Positions 37,421 through 47,180 of a stretch of 64,000 nucleotides of DNA are shown in pieces. The number at the start of each line of letters is the position of its first letter. Positions within the stretch are counted from its first letter, which is position 1. A program made the translations under genes and the position numbers. The notes under the pieces were generated by a model. The model saw nothing but the letters and a program-made list of their open reading frames with translations, ran no database searches and was not told the DNA's origin. This DNA is from Acidobacteriota bacterium (GTDB lineage Bacteria > Acidobacteriota > UBA6911 > RPQK01 > JAJDTT01), in contig OZ253580.1 of the NCBI GenBank assembly GCA_965263035.1, positions 5,888,001 to 5,952,000 on the forward strand, in the 5' to 3' direction.

Positions 37421-37793
37421 TGATGGTTCCCCGCATCATGGTGTGGCCGGCGCCGCAAGGACGGGAGCATTCGAACGGATAATTCCCCGCCTTCCGAGAT
37501 CGGAATCGGATCTTGATCTTTCCCTGACCCCGCGCCGGAATCGTGACGTCGATCTCGGCCTTGGGTATGCGAAAACCGTGGAACGTGTCCTGGCTGCTCA
37601 ACTCAATCTCCAGCAGCGTGCCCCTCTTGACCCGAATCCTGGAGGGAATGAAATGAAACCTCTCCGCGGAGATTCGGACCCTCTGAACCTTCGACTCACC
37701 ATTTTTCTTCTCTTTGGGAAGGGCCGGAACCAGAGCCGCTCCCAGCCCGATCAGGAGCAATGCGAGACCCCATGGGATCATCCGGTAATTCAC
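37410..37793 (-). CDS. Exported cupredoxin with CuA-type site
   Basis: Signal/anchor, F.FIPS.I, D..HGF, CSRPCGAGHTMM (CxxxCxxxHxxM). Confidence 0.85.
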   Translation of the reverse strand: MNYRMIPWGLALLLIGLGAALVPALPKEKKNGESKVQRVRISAERFHFIPSRIRVKRGTLLEIELSSQDTFHGFRIPKAEIDVTIPARGQGKIKIRFRSRKAGNYPFECSRPCGAGHTMMRGTIIVE

Positions 37794-37803
37794 GGCGCAC
37801 CTC

Positions 37804-39231
37804 CTAAAACCACCAGCCGATGCCCAGGTTCCACCGGTTGCGGGCCCGGACGATCCGGCTGGCGTTCTTCATGAAGTTGTAGTCCAGCTTCAGGACCACG
37901 TCCGGGTGGGGAAAGTAGGAAAGACCCAGAACGTGGGCCGAACGGTCGAACTGGCTCAGCGGGAAGAACCCTTCAGCCATTCTGTGCTGGGTGTCGAAGT
38001 TCTCGTAGCGAAAAAAGCCGACCACGTCATGGCTGGAACCGGACGGCACCAGGCTACTGGAGCCTTCCAGGTAGAATCCTCGCATTCCTCGGGCAATGTT
38101 GGGGTTGATTCCGGCGCTGCGGCGAATCGAAGCGTTGACTTCAGCCGCCTGGTCCAGATGGGTCAGGGCATACTGCCCCCGAGCCTCGAAGCGATCGAAC
38201 CGATACCTGCCGTCGAACTCGAAGATCCGCAATCGGGCGTCCAGATCCCTGAAATGGAATCCGGTCTCTCCGGTCCAGAAGCTGGTGCCCAGATTCAGTC
38301 CCGGAAGCGGCCCGTATTCGACTCGCCCGACCCAGGCCAGATTGCGAGCGTTCTCCAGAAATGATTTTTGCCTTCCCTCCCGGAAACCCTCCTCTGCGGA
38401 AAAGAGGGAACCGTCCACCGAACTCATGACATAGGTCTTGTAGGAGAAACCTCCGCCCAAGTCTCCCACGAAGCCTCCGCCGCCGGCGAACCAGGTCGTG
38501 GGAAGGATTACCTCATCCACGAAGGGACGTTCCACCCCGTGAAACGCAGTCGGCTCATGCCTTTCGTTGATGATTCCCACCGGGGTCAGCAAAATCCCGG
38601 CCCGAAAGTTGAATCGCGGGTCGATGAGGAAGTCCAGGTAGGCCTGTTCCAACTCCAACTCACCGGTGGGAGCGCCGCCCTCGATCAAACCGTGCTCCAA
38701 TTCCAGTTCCGACCAGAACCGGATCCGATCCCCGAACCTGTGGCCCAGGTTCAGAACGAAACGGTGAAAGTCGAAAGTGGTCGGGTTCAAACCGTCGTGG
38801 TTGACGTGCATCTCCATGTACCCGGACATGGGTATGCTGCCGCCGAACAGTCCCGCCGACGCGTCGGGGCCGTCAGGCGCCGCGACCACCTCGGCGACCA
38901 CCAACGCTTCCACCTCCGGGACCGCTTCTTCTTCCGGAGCCGGATCCTCGACCCGGGACGCCTGCCGGCGAATCGTCTTCAACTCATCGGCCAGAGACTC
39001 CAGCTGCCTTTTCACATCCTCGCCGACAGTGCCTTCCAGCGCGGCGGCCAAGAGTCCGATCAACCGCTCCAGATTGGACTCCACCCGGTCGAGACGGTCT
39101 ACAAGGGACTCGTCCTGGGGTGTGGCGATCACCGGCACGGTCCCGATCCCGACCAGGACGACCGCCAGTAGCAGTATCGGGAGGTTAGGGCCAAGGCGCG
39201 CCGCCGTGCCGACGAGTGTGAAATATTCCAT
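37804..39231 (-). CDS. Outer-membrane beta-barrel/porin with N-terminal coiled coil
   Basis: FDFHRFVL, SELELEH, ELEQAYLDF, GIINERHEPT.F.GVERP, C-terminal LGIGWWF beta-signal. Confidence 0.8.
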   Translation of the reverse strand: MEYFTLVGTAARLGPNLPILLLAVVLVGIGTVPVIATPQDESLVDRLDRVESNLERLIGLLAAALEGTVGEDVKRQLESLADELKTIRRQASRVEDPAPEEEAVPEVEALVVAEVVAAPDGPDASAGLFGGSIPMSGYMEMHVNHDGLNPTTFDFHRFVLNLGHRFGDRIRFWSELELEHGLIEGGAPTGELELEQAYLDFLIDPRFNFRAGILLTPVGIINERHEPTAFHGVERPFVDEVILPTTWFAGGGGFVGDLGGGFSYKTYVMSSVDGSLFSAEEGFREGRQKSFLENARNLAWVGRVEYGPLPGLNLGTSFWTGETGFHFRDLDARLRIFEFDGRYRFDRFEARGQYALTHLDQAAEVNASIRRSAGINPNIARGMRGFYLEGSSSLVPSGSSHDVVGFFRYENFDTQHRMAEGFFPLSQFDRSAHVLGLSYFPHPDVVLKLDYNFMKNASRIVRARNRWNLGIGWWF

Positions 39232-39241
39232 GCCACTAAGT

Positions 39242-39267
39242 TTAAGTTTAGCTCCGTCTAAACTTAA
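39242..39267. promoter_or_regulatory. Putative DtxR/SirR/MntR-family operator
   Basis: Perfect AT-rich palindrome TTAAGTTTAG-N6-CTAAACTTAA directly upstream of the porin gene. Confidence 0.65.
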
Positions 39268-39370
39268 GGTCAACGCGTAGGGCGCTAGCTTCGGACCGAG
39301 CGGAAAGAAAGGCGCTCGGTCTCAAGCAGCCCCGGACTTAGGAGGGACGAAATAAATCCCCGGTATGCCG

Positions 39371-41797
39371 TCAGGTGCCGGGTGCGGTTTCGATAACGAT
39401 CTGCTCGTAGACGCGACGGGCATGATCGTAGGCCCTGCGTGCCGCGTCCTTCTCCGAGTCGCGGATCCTGGCGCGCTTCATCTTCCAGCATCGATCCACG
39501 GCCTCACGACACCATTCGGCGCTTCTGCGTGAAGCCCGGACCGGCTTGTCGCCCACCAGGACGAAGATGGGATTGGTGTGGGAACTGGCAAGGACCCGCA
39601 GAGCGACCCAACTGGACCGGGTGAGCTCATGATCGAACTCGATCTCGTTCCAGTCGCCGTCAGCCGTCACGACTCGAGTCTCCACGGACTGACCGTTGAC
39701 CACCAGTTCCACGGGAACCTCCCGGCTGGTTCCCCTGCGGGCCCGCTCCAGATGCCAATAGGGAGGCTGAGTCAAGCCTCGGGACGCAATCACCGCGCCC
39801 ACGTCATCCTGTCGTTCCGAAAGGTAGGCAGCGACTCGGGCTTGGACCTTCACCCTGCCGGGAGCGGCCAGTCGGAGCTCACTTCCCTGGGTACCCAGTT
39901 CCCGGTCCTGCACCTGAAAGCCGATGATGTGGGATCGGCCGTCGGAGACGTAGCTCCTACCGGCGCGGATCTGCTCCATGTAGCGGTCGAAGTCCAACTC
40001 GCCTTCCAGCTTCGCGTAGCTGCGAGCCATCCCGATGCGGTCATCGTAGATGCACGGGAAATCCGTCTCTCCACTGATGCGGGTTCGGAACCCGGAGTTC
40101 AGGGCGTGGTACCAGATGTTCAACTCCCAGGGCAACGGTGTGTCTCCGGCGGAGATGAAGTCCACCGCGTCGTGGGTCACCGACACGATGTATTCATTGG
40201 CGCCGATTCCGTCGAATTTGGCCATCACGTAGTTGGGCAGCTCGGTGGTGAACTCCATCGGCTCCAGGCCCCAACCCGAGTGGGAGTAGCCGACGACGGC
40301 TCCCTGACCTTGACCCCACTGGAGGACGGGAAGGGTCCAACTGGGCCATTGCTGAACCCGGGTCGTCCCGGGGTAGTCGTCTTCCCGGAGCCGCAGAAGA
40401 CAGAGATGGCCCGCGTGCGAGGAGGGAAAGCCGGAAACCTCCACGTCATAACGCATCAGGTTGTTCCGGGTGGAGAGGGAGTGCACCCGACCCTCGAAGT
40501 TCTGTTTCTGGTGATACCAGCACGGTCCCCAGGTCAGGACGCAGGCGATGTTCAAGTCTTCACCCAGCGCCTGGCGCCACATGTGAGACGGCTGGACGCC
40601 CTCGTCGGGACTCTCGTAATGGCTGCACCCGGCCGCATGGACATGGTGGTCGGCGCTGTACCAGCCGAGAGCCGCCAAATGCGTCCAGCGCTCCAGCCGG
40701 AAACCGATCTCCTGCTCTTCGACACCGGGACGAACGCGGACTCTTCTGTTCTGAACCAGGTATTCGGGACCGCGGCTGACGCGAATTTCGTACTCGCCCG
40801 CCGGCAGGAACACATGCTCCCCGTCAGCACGGTAGACCTGCGGGTGGAAGTAGAAATCAGGATATTCTCCGCGGGAGAGCCGCCGCGACGGCAGTGGATA
40901 GACCCCCACCAGACGGCCGACGGGGGACGGTGTGTCGCCGATGCCCCGGGTCCGGTCCCACGGACGCCTCAGCGCCCGCGCCAACCGGTAGTCGGAGGGC
41001 AACCGATTCAACTCCGGTTCTTCGATCACCCGTTCGATGCCGTCGGTGATGACGAACGAGGCCATGGTGGGAGTACCGTCGTGATCCTTGACCCGGAGCC
41101 GGACCCGGACCGCAGGACGGCAGTCGAAGAGGACGTCCACGCTGTTGCGAAAGCCCAGATCCTGGGTCCCCTGCCCCACGTGGAATCCGATCTTGGCTTC
41201 GCGCAACCCTTGTTCCCGAGTGTAGATCTGGATGATGGCGTACTCCAGCTTCAGACCCGAAAGATGGCTCCGCAGGGGGCGGCGGCCATAGACGGCCAGC
41301 TCCAGGAAACGATTGGCCACGTCTCCGTCCGAGAGCACGTTCACCGGTTTGACCCGTTTCGCCCCCGTCGACTTGTGAAACAGCGGCAGCGCGTTGGGGC
41401 TTTCGGCGTGGAGCTGGGCGTTGACGGCGGCGTCGTTTTCTATCTTGACCATAAAGCTGGTCCACCCGCCCTGGACCAGAAGCGGAGCCGCCGGGCCGCG
41501 CAACACTTTGACCCGAGCCTCCGGGTTGATGGACACCATGGCCAGGCAATACGGATCCAAGAGGGTCTGGATTTCACGAACCACCGAGTCGGAAGGAGCC
41601 TGATCCCTCAAGGCCTGGATCCGCTCCCAGTCCCGGCTGTTCAAACGGCTGCCCAGGAACGAGAGAGCTTCCCCCAAGCGGACGACCTGCGCCACCAGAG
41701 GCTGGGGCTCGACGTCCTGAACCAGTGGAAGCGCCTGTCCCGGGAGAAATGACGGAAACGATGCAGAGAGGACGATCAACGCCAGGGCCTGTTTCAC
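39371..41797 (-). CDS. Exported CehA/McbA-family (PHP-like) metallohydrolase
   Basis: Signal peptide, VSRGPEY, WYSADHHVH, YSHSG, WYHALNSGFR..ISGETDF, HTNPIFV. Confidence 0.78.
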   Translation of the reverse strand: MKQALALIVLSASFPSFLPGQALPLVQDVEPQPLVAQVVRLGEALSFLGSRLNSRDWERIQALRDQAPSDSVVREIQTLLDPYCLAMVSINPEARVKVLRGPAAPLLVQGGWTSFMVKIENDAAVNAQLHAESPNALPLFHKSTGAKRVKPVNVLSDGDVANRFLELAVYGRRPLRSHLSGLKLEYAIIQIYTREQGLREAKIGFHVGQGTQDLGFRNSVDVLFDCRPAVRVRLRVKDHDGTPTMASFVITDGIERVIEEPELNRLPSDYRLARALRRPWDRTRGIGDTPSPVGRLVGVYPLPSRRLSRGEYPDFYFHPQVYRADGEHVFLPAGEYEIRVSRGPEYLVQNRRVRVRPGVEEQEIGFRLERWTHLAALGWYSADHHVHAAGCSHYESPDEGVQPSHMWRQALGEDLNIACVLTWGPCWYHQKQNFEGRVHSLSTRNNLMRYDVEVSGFPSSHAGHLCLLRLREDDYPGTTRVQQWPSWTLPVLQWGQGQGAVVGYSHSGWGLEPMEFTTELPNYVMAKFDGIGANEYIVSVTHDAVDFISAGDTPLPWELNIWYHALNSGFRTRISGETDFPCIYDDRIGMARSYAKLEGELDFDRYMEQIRAGRSYVSDGRSHIIGFQVQDRELGTQGSELRLAAPGRVKVQARVAAYLSERQDDVGAVIASRGLTQPPYWHLERARRGTSREVPVELVVNGQSVETRVVTADGDWNEIEFDHELTRSSWVALRVLASSHTNPIFVLVGDKPVRASRRSAEWCREAVDRCWKMKRARIRDSEKDAARRAYDHARRVYEQIVIETAPGT

Positions 41798-41991
41798 GGT
41801 GGGCCTCCTTTCAGGGTAAGAATTGCGGTTTCAGGCTACCACAGGGGAAAGGGACGACTCCTCCGATTCCTTGAAATGCCCCTCGGCGGCCGATATTCTT
41901 CTGGCGGAACGGCCGGCGGCGCCACGCCGCCGGACACGGCGGCAACCGCCGTCCAAGATCCGTCCAACGCCAGTGAAAGGAGCAACGAGTC

Positions 41992-42885
41992 ATGCCCGAC
42001 GCAGACCGGCCAAGTGAAGCCAAGGAATTCTATACCGATATCCCCGCAACCAATAAACCCTTCTTTCTGAAGGGATCCAACGCTCTGGATTGGGGAATGC
42101 AGAACCGCCTCTCGCGGATCTTCAATCCGGCCTCGGGGCGCACCGTCATGCTGGCCGTCGACCATGGCTACTTCATGGGGCCGACCACCGGCCTGGAGCG
42201 GATCGATGTTCGCATCGTCCCCCTCCTGGACTATTGCGACGCCCTGATGCTGACCCGGGGGATCCTCCGCACCACCATCCCCTCCAGTTTCGGACGGGGC
42301 ACCGTGCTCCGTGCCAGCGGCGGCCCCAGCATCCTCAAGGAGCTTTCAGATGAGCAACTCGCCCTGGACATCGAGGATGGCCTCAGAGTCAACGCCGCGG
42401 CCCTGGCGGTCCAGGTCTTCATCGGAGGCGAGTACGAGAGCCAATCGGTCCTGAACATGACCCGATTGGTGGATCTGGGCAACCGCTACGGAATGCCGGT
42501 TCTGGCGGTGACGGCGGTGGGCAGAGAGATGGAGCGGAACGCCAAGTATTTTCGTCTTGCCTGCAGGATGTGCGCCGAGCTGGGAGCTCATATCGTCAAG
42601 AGTTACTACATTCCCGACGGTTTTGAGACCGTGACCGCCTCGTGCCCCGTCCCCATGGTCATGGCCGGCGGAAAGAAGCTCCCCGAGTTGGATGCCCTCA
42701 CCATGGCGCACAACGCGGTGCAGCAGGGAGCTTCGGGCGTGGACATGGGCCGAAACATTTTCCAGAGCGACACTCCACGAGCCATGATCAAGGCGATCCG
42801 CCAAGTGGTCCACAACCAACTGAAACCCAGCCAGGCCTACGAGCTCTACCAGGACCTGAGAGCGGAAAGTCTGGCCTCGGCCTGA
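41992..42885 (+). CDS. lsrF: LsrF-like class I aldolase/thiolase
   Basis: [65 protein letters not shown]. Confidence 0.88.
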   Translation: MPDADRPSEAKEFYTDIPATNKPFFLKGSNALDWGMQNRLSRIFNPASGRTVMLAVDHGYFMGPTTGLERIDVRIVPLLDYCDALMLTRGILRTTIPSSFGRGTVLRASGGPSILKELSDEQLALDIEDGLRVNAAALAVQVFIGGEYESQSVLNMTRLVDLGNRYGMPVLAVTAVGREMERNAKYFRLACRMCAELGAHIVKSYYIPDGFETVTASCPVPMVMAGGKKLPELDALTMAHNAVQQGASGVDMGRNIFQSDTPRAMIKAIRQVVHNQLKPSQAYELYQDLRAESLASA

Positions 42886-43000
42886 CCTTCTGCCGGCGGC
42901 TGGACGCAGACCTGTTTTTCCATCGGCTTGGCACCAACGATCCGATTACGCCCGGCGGCCGCTGGGGCCGGGACGGTCCGGAACACACGGAACACGGAAC

Positions 43001-45109
43001 ATGCAAAGCCGTTGGTCCGACCAGGAGGCCGAGCGGTTCGTCGCTCGGTACGCTCGCCGCTGGGGCCGGGACCTGGCGCTGAGAACGTATGCTTCGCGCC
43101 TCCTGGGGCGGGCGCCGGCCCTCGTGCTTCACGGAGGCGGCAACACCTCGGTCAAGACCCGGATCAGGAATCTGCTGCAAGACCGAATCTCCGCCCTCAT
43201 GGTGAAGGCCTCCGGGCACGACCTGGCTCGGATCGAGCCCGAGGGACATACGGGACTGGACCTGAGCTACCTGGTCCGCCTTCAGGGTCTGGATCAGCTT
43301 GACGACCGGGAGATGGTGGACCAGTTCATGACCCACCGGCTGGATCCCCGGTCCCAGGTCCCTTCCATCGAAACCCTGGTGCATGCGTTCCTTCCTCCCA
43401 AATTCATCGATCACTGTCACGCCGACGCTATTCTGGCGTTGACCAACCAACCCAATGGAGAAGCACTGGTCCAGGAAGCTCTCGGCGACGATGTTCTGGT
43501 CCTGGACTACTTCGAACCGGGGTTTTCCCTGGCCAAGGCGTCGGCCGCGGCGTTTCGCCAAGCTCCGAACCGGACGGGCATGGTCTGGATGCGGCACGGT
43601 CTGGTCACCTGGGGGGAGACGGCCCGGGAGTCGTACGAAACCACCATCGATCTGGTGAGTCGTGCCGAAGCCTTCCTGGCCGGAAAGACATCTCGATCCC
43701 TCTCGTTGCGGGTCCACACCTCCCAGGAGACGGCGCATTCCAGATGGAATCGGGTGGCGCCGATCCTGAGAGGGCTTCTGGCCCGGGCAACGGGTCATCC
43801 CGACCGGCCCTGGGAGCGCGTGATCCTGATTCCTCTCCTTTCCCAGGGCACATTGGACCTGCTGAGCTCTGATGAAGGCAGGTCTCTTGCCGTCACCCCG
43901 CCCCTGACCGCGGACCACTTGATCCGAATCCGGAATCTACCGCTCTGGATCGAACCGCCGGAAAACGACGATTCCCACGCCTGGAAGGAACATATTCCCA
44001 AGGCCCTGAGCGAATACTCCGAGGGGTACGAGGCATTCGTGCAACGCCACCAAAGGCCGGGCTCGGCGGCCGAGTCCGGCGCTGACCTCTCGCCTCGCCT
44101 CATCCTGATTCCCGGAATCGGGGCTGCCTGTGCCGGACGAGACGTCAAGGCGGCGAGAATCGCACGGGACATCGCCCGGCAGACCTTCATGGTCAAGGCC
44201 CGAATCGCCCGCATGGGAGGAAGTTACCAGGGACTTGACGAGTCTCATCTGTACCTGATGGAGCACCGCGGCATCCAACAGGCCAAGCTGTCCGGCGGGG
44301 AAAGACCTTTGCGCAGCCATGTCGCCGTCGTGACCGGCGCCGCAGGAGCCATCGGTTCGGGCATCAGCCGGGGCCTGCTGGAGGAGGGCTGCCACGTGGC
44401 CGTGACGGATCTCCCCGGCGCTCGGCTGGATGGCCTGGCCGCAGAGTTGAACGGGAAGTTTCCCAATCGGGTGATGGCCGTGCCCTTGGACGTTACCAGT
44501 GCCGGATCCGTCGCCGAAGCCTTCGACTCGATCGTTCTCCAATGGGGAGGCGTCGATCTCGTCGTCATCAATGCCGGCGTCGCCCTGACCGGTTCGCTCG
44601 CCGAGATGGACAGCGGGGAGTTTCGGAAATCGGAGAGAGTCAACGTCGAGGGGACGCTTCACCTGCTGTCACGGGCCGCTCGCCACTTTCGGCTCCAGGG
44701 TACCGGCGGAGACGTGGTCCTGGTCTCCACCAAGAACGTCTTCGCTCCCGGGGCCGGCTTCGGCGCCTACAGCGCCACCAAGGCGGCCTCCCACCAGTTG
44801 GCTCGCATCGCCAGCCTGGAGTTGGCCGAAATGGATGTCCGAGTCAACATGGTGGCTCCGGACGCCGTTTTCTCTGATGGAAACCGAAGATCAGGCCTCT
44901 GGGAGCAGGTCGGACCCGACCGCATGCGCGCCCGGGGACTGGATCAGGAAGGCTTGGAGGAATACTACCGGACGCGAAACCTCCTCCAGGCCCGGGTCAC
45001 CGCGGATCACGTGGCCCGCGCGGTCCTCTTCTTCGCTTCCCGCCAGACGCCCACCACCGGGGCGACCCTTCCGGTGGACGGAGGGTTGCCCGACGCCACT
45101 CCCAGGTGA
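43001..45109 (+). CDS. Bifunctional class II aldolase / short-chain dehydrogenase (rhamnulose-1-phosphate aldolase-SDR type)
   Basis: SRLLG...LVLHGGGNTSVK, PSIET..H, DH.HAD, HGLVTWG. SDR domain TGAAGAIG, NAG, YSATK, VDGG. Confidence 0.9.
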   Translation: MQSRWSDQEAERFVARYARRWGRDLALRTYASRLLGRAPALVLHGGGNTSVKTRIRNLLQDRISALMVKASGHDLARIEPEGHTGLDLSYLVRLQGLDQLDDREMVDQFMTHRLDPRSQVPSIETLVHAFLPPKFIDHCHADAILALTNQPNGEALVQEALGDDVLVLDYFEPGFSLAKASAAAFRQAPNRTGMVWMRHGLVTWGETARESYETTIDLVSRAEAFLAGKTSRSLSLRVHTSQETAHSRWNRVAPILRGLLARATGHPDRPWERVILIPLLSQGTLDLLSSDEGRSLAVTPPLTADHLIRIRNLPLWIEPPENDDSHAWKEHIPKALSEYSEGYEAFVQRHQRPGSAAESGADLSPRLILIPGIGAACAGRDVKAARIARDIARQTFMVKARIARMGGSYQGLDESHLYLMEHRGIQQAKLSGGERPLRSHVAVVTGAAGAIGSGISRGLLEEGCHVAVTDLPGARLDGLAAELNGKFPNRVMAVPLDVTSAGSVAEAFDSIVLQWGGVDLVVINAGVALTGSLAEMDSGEFRKSERVNVEGTLHLLSRAARHFRLQGTGGDVVLVSTKNVFAPGAGFGAYSATKAASHQLARIASLELAEMDVRVNMVAPDAVFSDGNRRSGLWEQVGPDRMRARGLDQEGLEEYYRTRNLLQARVTADHVARAVLFFASRQTPTTGATLPVDGGLPDATPR

Positions 45110-45183
45110 TCCCAGGCGAATCCCGCCATCGAAACACTCGGAACGGACTTTCCTCAGGACCAGTAATGGGCTTCCCGGCTATA

Positions 45184-45344
45184 GTAGCCCGTGGCAAAAG
45201 TCATCGCGGCATTCGACCGTCCCTGCATCGTGCGCGGACTGCGTTGCTATCGGCTCACATACTCCCGGTATGCTCCCTCATCGCGCCTTGTCCGGCGGGC
45301 GCAGGAACGGTCTCGGTGCTCGCGCGACTTTCACCACGGACTGC
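45184..45344 (+). repeat. MITE-like family B, copy 3 (161 bp)
   Basis: TA-flanked homologue overlapping the 3' end of the hydantoinase B gene. Confidence 0.88.
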
Positions 45345-47171
45345 TAGATCCAGCCCGGAGGAGTCCGGATCCGGAGAGGCCTCCACGGCTCGAGGCTCCA
45401 GAGACAATGGGGTCCGGGAACGGCTCAAACGGTCCCGAAGTTTGCTGCTGGCTTCGAGATCCAGATCCTCACCAGCGGATCGGAGCACCACGCCATACTC
45501 GGAACGCGCCTTTTCGACGCTCACCTTACCTTGCCGGACGTCTTCCCGTACGGCCTCCGGGTCCCGGCACAGGGGATCGCCGTAGCCTCCGCCTCCGGCC
45601 TGGACCAGATGGTAGACGTCCCCCTCCTTCATGCGAAGCAGGAATTTGGAAGGCAGCGCTCTGGCTTCGGTGGCGGGATTGAGCGTGTTGCGAGTGGGTG
45701 TCCCCGGGCTCCCGCCCTGGTTGCCCCAGGGAAGGAAACGCGTCCGGTCCGACCGGACTTGCAGCGTCGCTTCCGGAGCCAGCAGCTGAAACTCCCGGAC
45801 CATCCCCAGACCGCCTCGATACCGGCCCGCCCCCCCGGAATCGGTCACGAATCCATAGCGCCGGATCAGGAGCGGCTGATCGGCCTCGATGGTCTCCACC
45901 GGAGTGTTGGCCATGTTGGTGATGGGGGCGGTCACTCCGTCGGCGCCGTCGGCTGAGGGACCGCCGCCGCGAGGTCCGTCATTGTTGAATTCCAGATAGA
46001 CGAAGGGCTTCCCGTCCGGATAGTAGCCCCCGACGCTGATGCCGACGTCTCCTCCACCCCAGGCCGCCGGCACCCGATGGGGCAGCGCCTTTGCGAAGGC
46101 GCCGAAAACGGCGTGGCCGACCCGGAACCCGCCGAGACCTCGGGCCGCCACCGCCCCGGGATGCCGCGGATTGACGAAACAGCCCTCCGGCGCCACCACG
46201 TGAATGGGCCGGAAGAAACCCGCGTTGGCGTTGATGCCAGGGTCCGTCAAGCACTTGAAGACCGCGTAGACCGTGGACCGGGTGAAGGCGAAATTGGGGT
46301 TTATGGAGCCGCGAGCCTGCGGCGAGGTGCCGGTGAAATCCACCACCATCTCATCGCCGTCGACGGTGATTCGAACTCGTATGGCGATGGGATCGGGGTC
46401 CAGGCCGTCGCTGTCGATGTAGTCCTGAAACTCCCACGAACCGTCAGGCAGCTCCCGGATCTCGGCTCGGGTCAGACGCTCCGTGTGGTCGATAATGCCG
46501 CGCATGTGCTCCTGGAGGCGATCGATGCCGTACTCCCGGGCCAAACGGAGCAGCTCCTTTTCCCCCTGCGCCAAGGCGGAGATCTGAGAGCGGAGATCTC
46601 CCAACACCTTGTCCGGAACCCTGACGTTGCGTGCCACGATGCTCCAGACGGCCTGATTCAGAGAACCGGCCTCGACGAGCTTGAGGGGAGGAAGCCTCAA
46701 TCCCTCCTGATAGATCTCGGTGTTGTCACAGGCGTTCCCCCCGGCAACCCGCCCCCCGATGTCGGTGTGGTGAGCGATCACGCAGGCCCATGCCAGGAGT
46801 CGACTTTCCAGAAAGATCGGCTTGAACAGAAAGATGTCGGGGAGATGGCTGGCTCCGTCATAGGGATCGTTGTTGGCGAAGATGTCTCCGGGTAGAACGT
46901 CGTTCCCGAACCGGCGGCGAACCGCAGCCAGAGCCGGTTGCATGGCGCCCATATGGAATGGGAGCGTCAATCCCTGGGCGACCTGTTGCCCCTCCGGGTC
47001 GAAGATGGCGGTGGAGAAGTCCATCCCGTCCTTGACCACGGACGACGACGCCGTTCGCACCACCGTAACGGCCATGGTATCGGCGGCGCTGTAGAGATAA
47101 TTCTTGACGATCTCCCGGGTCCACGGGTCCCGGGACGATTCCCGACCAGCCTTCACGCTCCTGCTATTCAT
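45255..47171 (-). CDS. Hydantoinase B/oxoprolinase-family protein
   Basis: RTA.S.V...MDFS, NDPY.G.SHLPD, HHTDIGG, EIYQEG, NTPVE, DSGGAG.YRGG, GGGGYGDP. The last 29 aa are MITE-derived. Confidence 0.92.
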   Translation of the reverse strand: MNSRSVKAGRESSRDPWTREIVKNYLYSAADTMAVTVVRTASSSVVKDGMDFSTAIFDPEGQQVAQGLTLPFHMGAMQPALAAVRRRFGNDVLPGDIFANNDPYDGASHLPDIFLFKPIFLESRLLAWACVIAHHTDIGGRVAGGNACDNTEIYQEGLRLPPLKLVEAGSLNQAVWSIVARNVRVPDKVLGDLRSQISALAQGEKELLRLAREYGIDRLQEHMRGIIDHTERLTRAEIRELPDGSWEFQDYIDSDGLDPDPIAIRVRITVDGDEMVVDFTGTSPQARGSINPNFAFTRSTVYAVFKCLTDPGINANAGFFRPIHVVAPEGCFVNPRHPGAVAARGLGGFRVGHAVFGAFAKALPHRVPAAWGGGDVGISVGGYYPDGKPFVYLEFNNDGPRGGGPSADGADGVTAPITNMANTPVETIEADQPLLIRRYGFVTDSGGAGRYRGGLGMVREFQLLAPEATLQVRSDRTRFLPWGNQGGSPGTPTRNTLNPATEARALPSKFLLRMKEGDVYHLVQAGGGGYGDPLCRDPEAVREDVRQGKVSVEKARSEYGVVLRSAGEDLDLEASSKLRDRLSRSRTPLSLEPRAVEASPDPDSSGLDLAVRGESRASTETVPAPAGQGAMREHTGSM

Positions 47172-47180
47172 GACGACCGA

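Noticed and set aside
37410-37793. Cytochrome c oxidase subunit II of a terminal oxidase operon
   Set aside because: It is too short, lacks the two TM helices, and has no subunit I adjacent.
39578-41752. Long antisense ORFs (e.g. 724 aa here, 8547-10139, 49194-50813)
   Set aside because: They are typical stop-poor shadow frames opposite real genes in high-GC DNA, with no recognisable motifs.
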